56,999 nt of DNA, taken from positions 1 to 56,999 of the forward strand of contig CANRBR010000001.1 of assembly GCA_947628915.1 (NCBI GenBank), read 5' to 3'. A program made the position numbers and the translations under genes. Below are positions 56,905 to 56,999 of the stretch, piece by piece. The first letter of the stretch is position 1. Each line of letters opens with the position of its first letter. The stretch is from an uncultured Bacilli bacterium (lineage in GTDB: Bacteria > Bacillota_I > Bacilli_A > RF39 > UBA660). Under the pieces are notes generated by a model. It was not told where the DNA came from, made no database searches, and saw nothing but the letters and a program-made list of their open reading frames with translations.

Positions 56905-56999
56905 TTATTTTCTACCAATAGTAATATCAAAATCTACTTTTGTTTCAATAAATGAATAATTAGCATATATTGTAACAACATAAATTCCATTTCCTCTAT
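56905..56999 (-). CDS. 3' end of an ORF that continues beyond the window
   Basis: Open frame ...RGNGIYVVTIYANYSFIETKVDFDITIGRK-stop (beta-strand-like), followed by the terminator. Confidence 0.3.
   Translation of the reverse strand, partial: RGNGIYVVTIYANYSFIETKVDFDITIGRK

Larger units (their letters stand above)
36307..56999 (-). mobile_element. Integrative conjugative element (left end at the tRNA fragment, right end beyond the window)
   Basis: A contiguous same-strand block: integrase, excisionase-like protein, VirD4-type coupling protein, relaxase, primase, VirB4, PrgI-like, VirB6-like, VirB2-like, M23 hydrolase and SSB. It begins at a partial tRNA. Confidence 0.85.

Noticed and set aside
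36307-56999. Prophage interpretation of the integrase-bearing island
   Set aside because: No terminase, portal, capsid, tail or holin genes were seen. Instead there are VirB4, a coupling protein, a relaxase and T4SS membrane proteins.

Overview
Very AT-rich segment from a low-GC, spore-forming Firmicute (gpr, pro-sigK and a spoVIF-like gene are present). Positions 1-36,300 are chromosomal core, almost all on the + strand. They hold tRNA genes (Asp?-Phe, Arg-Pro), cell-envelope genes (two glycosyltransferases, an LCP protein, an O-antigen-ligase-like protein), queA-miaA, recD2, a rimP-nusA-ylxR-[two deaminases]-infB-rbfA operon, rpsT, gpr, der, dusB, sigK and serS. Small accessory patches interrupt the core: an orphan MvaI/BcnI-like nuclease divergent from an HD dGTPase-like gene, two RelB/DinJ + RelE-superfamily toxin-antitoxin pairs, and three tandem, separately promoted type IV pilin-like genes with no assembly genes nearby. 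From 36,307 to the window end (at least 20.7 kb) every gene is on the - strand and the content is that of an integrative conjugative element (ICE). It starts at a truncated tRNA-Arg(UCU)-like 3' fragment (putative att site) and encodes a tyrosine integrase, an excisionase-like HTH protein, a VirD4-type coupling protein, an HUH relaxase, a primase, SSB, VirB4, PrgI-like, VirB6-like and VirB2-like proteins and an M23 wall hydrolase. It also carries an XRE-HTH::ABC-ATPase + permease cargo and about 10 small genes of unknown function. The right end of the ICE lies outside the window. No rRNA, CRISPR array, IS element or phage structural module was seen. All calls come from reading motifs, ribosome-binding sites and hand-folded structures. 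No database search was run.
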